This document shows, in pieces, positions 32,301 to 43,300 of a stretch of DNA of 64,000 nt. Under the pieces are notes generated by a model, which saw nothing but the letters and a program-made list of their open reading frames with translations, did not search any database and was not told the DNA's origin. This stretch comes from Epithemia pelagica. Lineage: Eukaryota; Protista; Bacillariophyta. The position numbers and the translations under genes were made by a program. Location: positions 2,914,001 through 2,978,000 of the forward strand of contig OX337232.1 of the NCBI GenBank assembly GCA_946965045.2, written 5' to 3'. Numbering within the stretch: position 1 is the stretch's first letter; every line of letters begins with the position of its first letter.

Positions 32301-32429
32301 GATGGGTGGTGGCTGTTGGGAAAAGGCTTGACAGTACCAGACATGACAAGACAAGGATAATGCCACTACGAAGACAGCAACGAAGGAAGAAGCAAATGTT
32401 CCCCCTTTCGTTCTCATGCTCAAATTCAT
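29337..32429 (-). CDS. About 1030-aa low-complexity protein with Trp-motif repeats, probable plastid targeting
   Basis: Single ORF, ATG at 32429. Hydrophobic signal FVAVFVVALSLSCHVWYCQA-F followed by an S/R-rich acid-free stretch. One copy of the DRYQVV..W..R...LRN.KVA..A..G..RWG domain and seven LA.EW...N.D-type motifs. Confidence 0.8.
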   Translation of the reverse strand: MNLSMRTKGGTFASSFVAVFVVALSLSCHVWYCQAFSQQPPPIFRGSSSSSIPISGGSFLARQQRQKTHSHGPFTGASSTGSKGGAHRYCSSSTTQCHLHKRRGGDHTDDHNNHRELAELGQMLDTLKRHVMRQQQKQPSQQPRVPDTTATSSSTSSSSTSLEEYYHHAKSTLPRLTRIQQELDQLEQELTALEQSAQPKTDRTTFTSTNRRTSSSSPPQSSPPTTSTKFSKSFPNDDNPKRKDALIQEALQRISKDKTANNDIKAKDAALESSPPPTLQQQQQEGRSGPSQSTGEHGSNNKNSDNDNHQQQQQITNQHPLLRKYRQQHEQERAFMAAMQKRHAQQLYQNSRMSTMPVAPNEKPVYMHAKDVTDNSNRRRRRRATSSSESSLNQAASLIDSIWSSSQEDPETDGTTTTDAPPTKQRSSLDKAAAMVNRIWAQQEQEQPKPQMDNNNNITNHNNDRTSLASVHVDWSDTRRVTASPAVTTPMESSSSPTPTPTMESTSTPNHPPTLDHPSNNSVAATEPAMIDPTSVALLAHFTKQWTLEKQRASTNASSGDSASPPSSLSSSSSSSRTTGTATPTEESSSSSSSLPDRYQVVTQWAQRLSTPPTPTHVLFQLRNYKVAEWALQGHARWGVLETLRAQQATTAMLQQQQENQQQQQQLSIAVRQESTPPPPTTTSSMGPTVSESPSSPPQPLAHSVAPESMHDLAREWTQRNRDVNETITVSAVKPSVASMEDLAREWTLRNKDEEITGPDQTTLPETLLPSSTMPPPPELQSIEDLAREWDTMNKDYTDAGTPQPRETVVDSVPNSRTKSPSIQELAQQWAERNQERTSASPEPRQVTNDIPFPPISPNNPETQPTIRLEQEDRAPVAVAELFQPSWTPAFSSSRTTTNSDPIADGSNSFLSDLEPPSETATRDHLQADWMARNKDKELPSSSTVETVASTKVHSLQDMANPAQASQQLAQEWAVRNRDPEASSSLSTCPTLSSQLPVYPSVSSKPATTSPTMDQLASEWSTLNKLDQDS

Positions 32430-33022
32430 CGTGTTGTTGTGGCTCTCATGGGGGAATGGTTTCCCAAAATTGGAACGAATGAGAGAGATATCCGAGGGTC
32501 GTTCCAACAAACAGGTGTCTCTCTGACAGAGTGTAGTGACACGGTGCGAGAGGAAGAAAACGAAGGTGTGTGAACAGAGCAGAGTTGTGATCTAGAAAAT
32601 GGCGCGGTAGGGGTGGAATGGCGGTGGTTCTCGCGTCATGGTCGACCTTTCTCGTAATTTCATGGTTTCGACAGACACCTCAAAAACTACCAAACGTTTT
32701 GTACCTTTACTTTTAAACAGAAAATAATGAACATCACATACTCATCACGCTAAAGCTTGAACGACGAGCAGATGGTCTTGGCCAGACAAGTGACTGGAAA
32801 GCGACCCATTGCCACCACTTCGATTTTTCCCGCCATCCTCTTTCGCGCAGGGTCGTCCACGGACATGCGCTGTGAAAACCAATTGCCCTTTCCGAGGCCA
32901 TACACGAAGCGCTTGCCGAGAATTCTTGCTACGGCAGTTCGATCATCGGACCACATTTTGTCGTCATCACACATACCGCGAAGAGACCATTCCACATGTA
33001 CATGCTTCTCGCAAAGAATGTA

Positions 33023-33390
33023 TTAATTCTTGCAGTCATCGTAATCCAAGTCGGGCCCTGGCAGCGTCAGGAGTGGTTTCGGGGTGTTGGACAAGAGAGA
33101 GGAGGTTGGACTGCTGAGGTCATCGTTCTTGCTCTTGCTCTTGTCGTCGTCCTTGTCATCGTTGCTATCGTCCACAGGGACACTGCTTTTCCGGCTTGTT
33201 TGACTCCTGCTGCTAATGCTCCTTCTGCTACAGTCATCATAATCCCATTTCGCTTGGGTATATCCCAAGACGGCGGCCGCTTCGCGCTGTTCGGCATCCA
33301 ATTCTCTCCACTCAAAGTCGGAAATATCCGGTTCCAAATCCTTGTTCCACAGTTTCTTGGTATATCCCAAGAGTGTCGCCGCCGATTGGA
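33023..33390 (-). CDS. MATE transporter, exon 2 (two W.EL....Q.AA..LGY....W repeats)
   Basis: GT-AG intron 33531-33391 (141 nt) joins WDELPPS-V-QSAATLLGYTKKLW in frame. Confidence 0.8.
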
Positions 33391-33531
33391 CTGTCCACCA
33401 CAAGAACAGCACAAGAAGCACAAGAAGAACACCACAACAAGAAACACAACAAGAACAACACAAAGCGGGAACAAACAAGTGTGAGAGAGACACTAGGACA
33501 TTTGGTCCTCGTTTTCAACTCCAAAACGTAC

Positions 33532-36427
33532 CAGACGGAGGGAGTTCATCCCAGTCAAAGTCATCATAGTCGATTTGAGCGAGACTGCTCGAGTCAATGT
33601 TGCCAGCACCCTTGTTCACGTCGTTGATCACATTGGAGGACAATTTTTTCCAATTGGAGCGCAACAAAAAGGAAGCATTAATGGCACCGGAAAAGGCATA
33701 ACCAATCACGACGGCACCCGTAATGCTTTCCAGATTAAAGTCCAAGACAAAGGTAAAGACGGCACACAGTGGAATGGTCACAAACCAACTTCCCAAAAAG
33801 CTCATGGTAGTGGCCAAGGCGTATCGTCCTTGGGCGCCCAAAATGGTCCAGCACATGGAACCAAACATGAGAGCCATGTTGCCTATACCAATAAAGGGCA
33901 AGAGTTCCGAAAGCATGCGTTGCAAGGTTTCATCCTTGGTAAAGAAACGAGGCAAAATGTCCTTGAGGGCAATGACAGGAATGGAAAAGATGAGGGAAAT
34001 GAGGACGCCCACATACAGTGCCTTGTTGGCAATGGACCGGGCCCGAAAGGGTTGTCCTGATCCCAACATTTTTCCCACTTGAACTTCTGCGGCATCGGCC
34101 AAGGCCAAGGACACTTCTTCAATCGCCTCCCAAATATATCCCAGCAAGCCCCAGGCAGCCACTTCGGCGGGTCCCATTGCGCCCACAAAAAATGTTAACA
34201 ATTCCCATTCTCCCGTCATGAGAACGTAGCCAAATGACAGGGGCAAGGACGTTTTGAGAAAGACACGGACGGCTTCTCCATTGGACAGGGCAAAGTTTCC
34301 CACCATGCCGGCCCATGCCTGGCGCTGGAGCCATCCACACGACCAGACCATGACGACAAACAACATGGTAGAAAGGACATCTAATGCTAGACCCAAGACG
34401 GCCAAGTCACGGAGACTGGGATTTCCGTATTTGGCATAGAGAAAAAAGGCCGCAAAATGGGTACCCTGCTCCACAATGGAAAAGGCCGCGGTATACACCT
34501 CGTATCCCGTCACTTCCAAAATGTAATCCAGTCCTTCTCCATAGGGTTGGACCAAATAGGTCAAGAAGAGAATTTGGGAGTAACCGACGGCAATGTCGGC
34601 CACTTCTTGGTCAAACCCAAAGAGTCGGACCACGTCATCCATAAGGAACCACCAGATGACAATAAAGGGGAGAAAGAGGCCTTGATAAAAGATGATTGCA
34701 ATTTGAACATATTGTCCAGCCAGATAGTGTTCATTGGCTCCAATGGATTGACTGCAAAGAGTAAAAAGACCCGTAAAGGCACCTTCCATAAACATGGTGG
34801 ATAACGAAAAGACGAGATCCACAATGAAAAGAGCCGAGAGCTCGGCGGTTCCAATCAACCGGCCGATGACAGCAACTTCCATGAGTTCGAATCCATGGAT
34901 AATAAAGGTATGAATTGTAAATGGGAGAGCCAATTTGATCAAACCCTTCATATCTGCATCGCATCGATAGAATTTAAATCTCTTGAGACCACGAACAGTT
35001 TGAAAGTTGAAGGATGACTGTATCCCGACACTACTCATGTTGGATTGGGTGCCTTCGTCTTTTTTGGCAATGTTTTCCTCACTGCTTGTATCGCTCGGAT
35101 CGACATCGGCTACCGCGTCCACAAATTCGGTCGCATTGCCATGAAACAAGGTTTGTACGGCTTGCGCAGCTCCCTGGACGCGACGTTGTTGTCGTTCCTT
35201 GGGATGCCAGGTTTCCGCACTCGACACGTATTCGTCCACGACTTGTTGGAGTGCCGCCAAACCTGCAAAACTAAAGACAGACGCCGCTTTGGAGGAGGCT
35301 TTGGAAGATGCTCTGGAACCAGCCACAGAGGGCTGATCCTGGTCATTGTGGCGTCGGTAATTACTTCTCTCACTCAGTGTATCACTGGGTTGTCGTTTGT
35401 GACCTCGATGTTCCATGAAGGAATCGCTGACTTGTCGTCGATGAGTTTTGTTGATAGCGTCGGGACGAATCGGACTCAGCGTGCTGGGCAAATATCCTTC
35501 ATCAAGAATATTCTCGGGAGACCCTACAATGACCGGCTTGCCATGGCTGAGGTTTTGTGGTAGATAGCCTGCATCCAACAGGTCATCATCGGACCCATCA
35601 CTATCGCTCTTGGATGGACCACGACTGGTATTCTCCACAGTGGCAACAAAGGTTTGGACGTTTCTCCCTTCTGGCGGTTCCAATTGGCGAGGGGCATCTT
35701 CATTCAATGGAAAAATCATGAGTGGAGCACTCACCGAGACCAACGACTTTTGGTCCGTAGGCGAAGAACCCGGTGCATCTACAAGAGAGCATGGCTCTTT
35801 TTCATTCTCTTTTAAGTAATATCCCTTTGGATCGTTGGGTGCTGCTTCCAAGGAACCTGACTCACTGCCCTCGTCCAAGAGAGAAACATTTTCCGAGTGT
35901 TCCGATCCCTGAGGTGCAACGTCATCGCTCATGTCACTAATGAGACTACGAGATGAACGGCCCACACTCCCAAAAAAGCTCGTTGTCGCGGCCATGGAAG
36001 AGTTTACAAAGGTCTGGTCTTGAGCACTCTCATTCATTGCGCGAGGCTGTTCCACGTCCTTGTCCTCCTTCTTTTCTTTTTCTTCCTTTTCAAACGTGTC
36101 TTGTAGTGGATTGGGATACTTTGGCCACGACGTTTGTATGTTCTTGTTCAATTGTCGACGTCGCTTTCGTCTTGCCTTGAGCCTTTCTCCCAGACATACA
36201 CACACTGGGATCAAGGCAATAATGAGAACCGAAACTGCAGTGGTAAGAATCAATGCCCAGGGACTCGGGTCCACCGTTTTCTCTTCGTAATTCAAAAAGC
36301 CATCATCATCGTAGTAACCATCATCGTCGTAATCGTCATTGTAAAAGTAAACCTCGTGGCCTTTCACTTCTCCAGAGGCATTGTATTCATGAGAAGGCGC
36401 CATTCCTTCGCCCATTAGCTCCCTCAT
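33532..36427 (-). CDS. MATE-family efflux transporter, exon 1
   Basis: About 12 hydrophobic segments with MATE signatures (LIKLALPF..EVAVIGRLIGTAELSA, QSIGANE..AG, GAMGPAEVAAWG, GKMLGSGQPFRA, ILGAQGR). N-terminal TM helix plus a long disordered linker. Donor GTACGT at 33531. Confidence 0.9.
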
Positions 36428-37374
36428 GCTTCTTGATGGTTTTTGTGGTCTGGTGTTCGGGATGCAAGATGGACTTTGAATGGCCTTCGAAGTTTGCAGG
36501 GAAAAAATGACTGGACTTGAGTTTCGCCCTACGAAAAATTGGAAAACCGACAGTTACGAGATACTCGTAATCCCCCAACACGACATCCATCGGACAGGAT
36601 TAAATACACGTATACACACGTGCTGGACTACAGTAGAATTTTTATCGGGACCACGCCAAGCACGAGGCTGGAGTCATGGGGGTGACCGATCCTTTTAAAT
36701 AGATTAGAATCAGAACAGGTAATCTTGTATGTATTCATAATCCAGCTTGGTCGAGTGACGCGTGCAGGGCCTCTCACTGCGCGACTGAGTTTCAACAATA
36801 AAGCAATAACGGACTAAAGAAATATTAATTTGAACGTTGGTGGAATTCAACGGAAACAGAGCATGTTCATTTCTTGTTCACCGGCGCGCTTGTCATAATT
36901 TGAAGACAAGAGCAAGCGGCGACAAAAATGCGACATAAGGCTACATACTACATACTCCTAGTCCATTACTCAGTACTCCTACTTGGTTGTGGTGATGGTT
37001 AAAATTGGACTATCATGCAAGAGACATACAAAAGTATACAAAATATGTAGGAGTAGGAGTACAAAAAGTGAGGCCAGGCTCCCCTGTTTCAATCCATACT
37101 GCGGCAAACCGAAGCAACCTCACAGGATATTGGGATTCCGTTAACATGCGATTTCTCAGTTCTCCTCATGATCCTGGTTCATTCTAGCCCATTCTTGTGC
37201 CCACTGTTCCGTTGACCTGCCCTGGTCCTGGGGATCGTTCTCCGGGATGGTGTCTGTGGATTCTTCGAAAGAAACGGATGAAGAACAGGAAATAAGAAAT
37301 AAGGTTCACAGAGGTCATATCACACCAAGCGCCTGCTCGTTTCCTCGTTTGTATACAGTCTTGTGTTTTGTGGT

Positions 37375-40300
37375 TTACGTACCTGAAGCAGATTCTTCTT
37401 CCGACGACGAACCAAGAGCCCCACGAACCGCCGATACCCAGTAATTGGCCCGAAGATTCTCCAAGATACCCCACCGTGACTTTCCTTGTGCTGCATAGGA
37501 CGCGACTTTGTGGTTGCGAAGATGGAAAATGACTTGATTCACAGTTGGAGGAACGGGTTCACGTGCCGCCCACTCGAGGACAGTCTCATAGCTGTCGGGC
37601 AATCGTTCCGGCTCCACGTGATCCGATGGTGGCACACCACCCGTTGCATCTTGGTCGCTTTCTTCTGTATAGCTAGTTTTTGACATAGATTCGTCTAAGC
37701 TCTTCGACTCTGCCTCGGTATCAACAAAACCTTCGTCTTGCTCTTCATTTACTGAGATTGACGACTCCGACGAGGGCATGGATGACTCAGACGAGAATGG
37801 GTCTTTCAGCGGTACAGACATGACATCGAAAGCATCACTTTCTCGGTTCATGTCCACCCATTCACGAGCAAATCGTTCCATGGAAGATGTCGATGTATAC
37901 AAGGAAGTGTCGAGTTCCACCGGGTCCACAAATGTGTCCAACTCGTCGTCTTCATTTTCGTCGACTGGAGGTTCATGTTCCTTTGCTTCATGTTGAGCGT
38001 TGGAATCGATTCGTGAGTACGTTGCTGGTTCCGGTATCTTCCTCTCAGCGTTCAAGTTGATCCACTCTTGAGCCAGTTGGTCCATCCATACCCGTTGACT
38101 TTGTGGGAGAGACGATCCGGTGTTTCCCGGTGGCGGGCTTGGAACTGAAGTAGCGTCTTGGTCAGGTTTTGAGTTTGATTTGGCTTTCGGTGTCGACACA
38201 CCAGACGAGGACGAGAAATTATCAGTAGGTGGGCGATTAGGCATTTCGTTCACTTTTTCAGTCATTTGTTCGCTGTTCATTCCCGTCCATTCTTTCGCCC
38301 ATTGATCCATTGACACTGATGGATACCCTTGTTGCGTCGACTGGACGTCACGCTTTTCGGTGGCCCATGTTTCCATAAAGGGGGGAGTAGCAACGTTCGA
38401 CTCTTTGGTGTTTTTGTTCATTGAAGCCCATTCGCGGGCAAGTTGTTCTCCATATGAAGGAGCTTGTGCCGATGAGACCTCAGGTCCATTAGAGGCGACG
38501 GAGCCGCCAATACGCTGTTTATCCGATAAGTTCGTTTGTGAAGCAAGTCCGCTTGGAAATGATGTGCTTTCCGTGGAAGAGCTGTTCTGTTTCCAAGCTT
38601 CCGGTGCTGTGTCTGTATCCAAAGGGGGTGATGACAGATTGCTTGTCTTCTCGCTTTCTTTAGTCTGACCAGTATCTCCTCGTGCCTGAGGCTGCGCTTG
38701 GTTTTGGGATCCACTCCAAGAAGGAAACGAAAATGTCCATCGAATCGAACCAGTACTTTCATCTTGTTGCGTATTGCTCACGGTATTATCACTGACAACT
38801 GATTGAGGAGGAACGTACTGACCACCGGACATTGAGGAGCTCGGAGTAGGTGGATTTAGATCTACACCGTTGTTGGAAGGATCAGATGACAACCCTTCTA
38901 CGGTCGTCTGAGGGGTGCGACCATCCATCTCCCAGTCGAACGAAGGGGCCTTTGTATTCTCATTCTGATCCTCTGTAGGTTTCGAGCCAAACCATGGGAA
39001 ATTAAATCCTGTTTGCGACTGGGGCTTCCTGTTTTCTTCGTTTGTGGGGCGGTCGGAGGCATCCGACCTCGGCTCGCTCAATGAAGGCACATCCCCAGGG
39101 ATTTCGTTGTGATTGGAAGTGTGCGGGGGCACCGTGGAACTTTCTTTGATTTCGTTGACACCAGGCGGCCCTCTGCTAGTTGATGGTGGAAATAATGTGT
39201 TCTGGGACTGGCTACCGAGCCTTTCGTCATCTTTGTCTTGATTTCTACTTGCCCAGTCTTGGCCGATCTGATTGAACGCCGATGACGATGATGCAGCTCC
39301 AGTTGTAGGCTCCGCGGAAAAACTCCATTTTTCTTTGCCCCCATTCTCTCCAATATCTGCTGCATCCCCTGATTTTAATTCAGATGATGAAACTCGTTGA
39401 ACATAGGCTGATAGGTCTGGAAAACGTGGGGATGGATCTTCAGAATCTTGCGCAGTTTGACCCATCGCAGCAAAGTCACGTGCAAGCTGCTCCGTATTCA
39501 TTTGTGATGCTGACAACCCCTGATTAATTTCCGCATTATGAACAGAAGACGAAGCACCGTTCTCATCAGATAGCGTCATTGGTGAAGCCGCAGGAATCGG
39601 TACCGTCGAACCAGTATCACGGTTGCCAGAAGAACTATCTGGTTTCGTTTCTTGTTGGGTGATGGGAGGGTTGTCCGTGAAGAGTCTGTCTTCGTCTTCC
39701 TTCGATTTCTGTGCCTGCTTCCAGAGTCCGCTCCATGGTGAATATTTGTTTTCTGAAGAACTCTCCGGTTTCGTTTCGTCCGCAGAAGGGGACAAATCTG
39801 TTGCCGCTGAGCGTTTCTCCTCTTTTGGATCTTGTGCCTGCTTCCAGTTTCCACTCCATGGTGAATATTTATTTCCTGAAGAACTCTCCGGTTTCGTTTC
39901 GTCCGTGTTAGGACGTCTATTCGCTAACGAAGTGTCTTTATCCTCTTTTAGATCTTGTGGCTGCATCCAGGAGGGTCTACTCCAGGGTGAAGACTCATGT
40001 CCTGAAGAACTCTCCGGTTTCGTTTCGTCCGTGGAAGGTGACAAATCTGTTGCCGATAGGCGTTTCTCTTCTTTTCGATCTTGTGCCTGTTTCCAGTTTC
40101 CACTCCATGGGGAATATTTGCTATCTGAAGAACTCTCCGGTTTCGTTTCATCCGCGGAAGGGGACAAATCTGTTGCCGATGGGCGTCTCTCCTCTTTTGG
40201 ATCTTGTGCCTGCTTCCAGTTTCCACTCCATGGGGAATATTTGCTATCTGAAGGACTCTCCGGTTTCGTTTCGTCCGTCGTAGGACGGCTATTCGTTATC

Positions 40301-43300
40301 GAAGTGTCTTTATCCTCATTTAGATCTTGTGGTTGCATCCAGGAGGTTCTGCTCCATGGCGAAGACTTGTTTCCTGAAGAACTCTCCGGTTTCGTTTCGT
40401 CCGTGGAAGGCGATTTAGCTGTCTCCGATAGGCCTTTGTCATCTCTTGGATCTTGTAGCTGTTTCCAATTTCCACTCCACGGTGAATATTTGTTTTCTGT
40501 CGAGCTCTCCGGTTTCGTTTCGTCCGTGGAAGGTGACAAATCTGTTGCCGATGGGCGTTTCTCCTCTTTTGGATCTTGTGCCTGCTTCCAGTTTCCACTC
40601 CATGGGGAATATTTGCTATCTGAAGAACTCTGTTTTTTCGTTTCGTCCGCGGAAGGTGACAAATCTGTTGCCGATGGGCGTTTCTCCTCTTTTGGATCTT
40701 GTGCCTGCTTCCAGTTTCCACTCCATGGGGAATAATTGCTATCTGAAGAACTCTCCGGTTTCGTTTCATCCGTCGTAGGACGGCTATTCGTTATCGAAGT
40801 GTCTTTATCCTCTTTTAGATCCTGTGGCTGCATCCAGGAGGTTCTGCTCCATGGTGAAGACTTGTTTCCTGAAGAACTCTCCGGTTTCATTTCGTCCGTG
40901 GACAACGATTTAGCTGTCACCGATAGGCCTTTATCATCTCTTGGATCTTGTAGCTGTTTCCAATTTCCACTCCACGGTGAATATTTGTTTTCTGTCGAGC
41001 TCTCCGGTTTCGTTTCGTCCGTGGAAGGTGACAAATCTGTTGCCGATGGGCGTTTCTCCTCTTTTGGATCTTGTGCCTGCTTCCAGTTTCCACTCCATGG
41101 GGAATATTTGCTATCTGAAGAACTCTGTTTTTTCGTTTCGTCCGCGGAAGGTGACAAATCTGTTGCCGATGAGCGTTTCTCCTCTTTTGGATCTTGTGCC
41201 TGCTTCCAGTTTCCACTCCATGGTGAATAGTTATTTCCTGAAGAACTCTCCGGTTCTGGTTTGTTGGTGGTAGGACGGCTATCCGTCAACGAAATGTCGT
41301 CGTCCTGTTTCATGCCTTGTGCCTGGTCCGCGCTTTTACTCCATGGTGAATAGGACATTAGGCCGGCCCATGACCATGTGGGTTTTCCGTTTTCTTCACC
41401 TTCACTGTTTTTAACTGGATCCACGGACGAGTCCGGATTGGTGGATTGAGGACGCACCGAAGACGCCTCAATCTGTCTCTTTCTATCCTTAGAAACGGCT
41501 TCAGATATTTGCGGCGAAGGAAAGAACGGGGAAGGGTCGTTACCACCATCGATGTCTTTTCCTGCTTGCTCCATACCTTGGGCCATCTGGCCGTGCTCAT
41601 ACGATGAAAGCGTGGACTTGTATCCATCGCTATCATTGGAACTTCGTTGGATTTTCATCTCGTCACTTTGGGATGGTTCAGTTGGTAGAATACTTTGACT
41701 TTGGGACCGAGCCTCTGCAGTTGTTGTCACGGCCGCAACAGAGCCGGGCAAGTTCTTTTCGTCGCTGTTGGTGGAAACAGGTTGAGCCCTCATCTGACTA
41801 GTCACGGAAACACTGTCGAGGTCGATAGTTGACTTTTCCTTTTTCTCTGGTATATGTGGAAGGACAGGTTGGTTCGATAAAGTTTCCCCATCACTGCCCT
41901 TGTTCTGACTCATTGAGCTCAGCTCATCAGGTAGATTTCGCGCCGATGTGGGATCAGACGGAACGGAGACATCATCTGAAGATTTTTTCGACATACCTAC
42001 AACGAACCTCTTTGGCCTTGTGGGAGAGATTTTGTCGTCGCCCCTCGAGGTTTCGGAAGGGGGTGGAATACTTTCAATTCCTGCAGCAATCGATGCTTTG
42101 GAGACTTGTTGTGCAATGTCGTTCTCACTGGGGCCCCATCGAGACTTGCCGGCCGTCGCTGCTTTGGCGACCTTCATACTACGACGATGGTACAGGAATG
42201 GACTTGAGCGACCCTGTTTTGAAGTCTCGTCTTTTGAATTCACATCCATAAAGCTCCATGGAGCAACCGTTGATCCGAACTTCCTCACTTCTGTTTCTCC
42301 TCGGGGAGTTGTGGAGGAACTTGGCATCCTACTACCATGTGTGGAGGAACTTGGCATCCTACTTCCAGTGGAGACAACAGCTCCCTGATGTCCGGAGCTT
42401 TGCTTGATGCTGTTCGCGCCCCTAAGAACTCCTGATGATGATCCTCTTCTCTTTGCGTTCACGTTACTCATAGTTTGAGATGTGGATGTCGATGGGATTT
42501 CATGTCGCTTCTGGCCACGAGCAATAGCATCTAAAGTAATTCTTTTCATTTGTTTGTCTTCAGCGCTTTCAGCAGGGCCGAGTTTTCCGTGCATTAACCG
42601 CAAAGGTGCTCCTCGAGAAATCTCCGTACTTCCTCCGTCTGCCTTCCCGATCTGCAAGCTCGGGTCAATATCGGGGACCGTGTTTTGCCCTGGCTGATAT
42701 CGAATGTTTCCATTCGCCATAGCTTCAGCCATCTTTTGCGCTTTTCCATTCTCGGTTGATCCCCATCGCGATTTTCCGACAGAAGCCGCACGGGCTACTT
42801 TGATGGTCCTTTCAAGGTACCACATGAAAGGTGTGTTGGCGGTTGTCTCTGAGGGATCGGGTATGATTCCCTTGTCATCAACTGATTCTGGTGATACTCC
42901 GAAAGCCTCTGGACTTTGAGAACGAGAGGCCTCTTTTTCTTCCAACTTCTTCCACTGTTCAATAGCAGCAATATCACCCATTTTGCTCTGCGAGTTTCGC
43001 GCAGTCATAAGAGCCATTGCCATTACTTTACGGTTTTCCGAATCTCCCCAACGTGATCTTCCTGCCGCTGCAGCTGATGCAACATTCATGTTTCGTAAAT
43101 CAAATAAGGATAGATCGTTCTCCATTTTCTGAGAAGGACCAGGAGACACTGGGTCCTGTGAAATCATTGATGTACCGATATCTTTCAGTGATGGGAATTC
43201 TCGTCTCTTTATTGTTGTCTTCCCGGAGCCTGTTTCGGATGACACGGGCACTTCATTTTCACCTCGGCGTGTTGCTCTTGCAACGATTTCGTCGTCCTCG

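Noticed and set aside
36973-37062. 10-bp inverted repeat GTACTCCTAC / GTAGGAGTAC
   Set aside because: Too short, set in simple TAC/TAG-rich sequence, and no TSD.
39640-41360. Regularly spaced repeats resembling a CRISPR array
   Set aside because: Units are 123/126 bp, multiples of 3, conserved along their whole length with no unique spacers, lie inside a eukaryotic ORF, and have no cas genes nearby.
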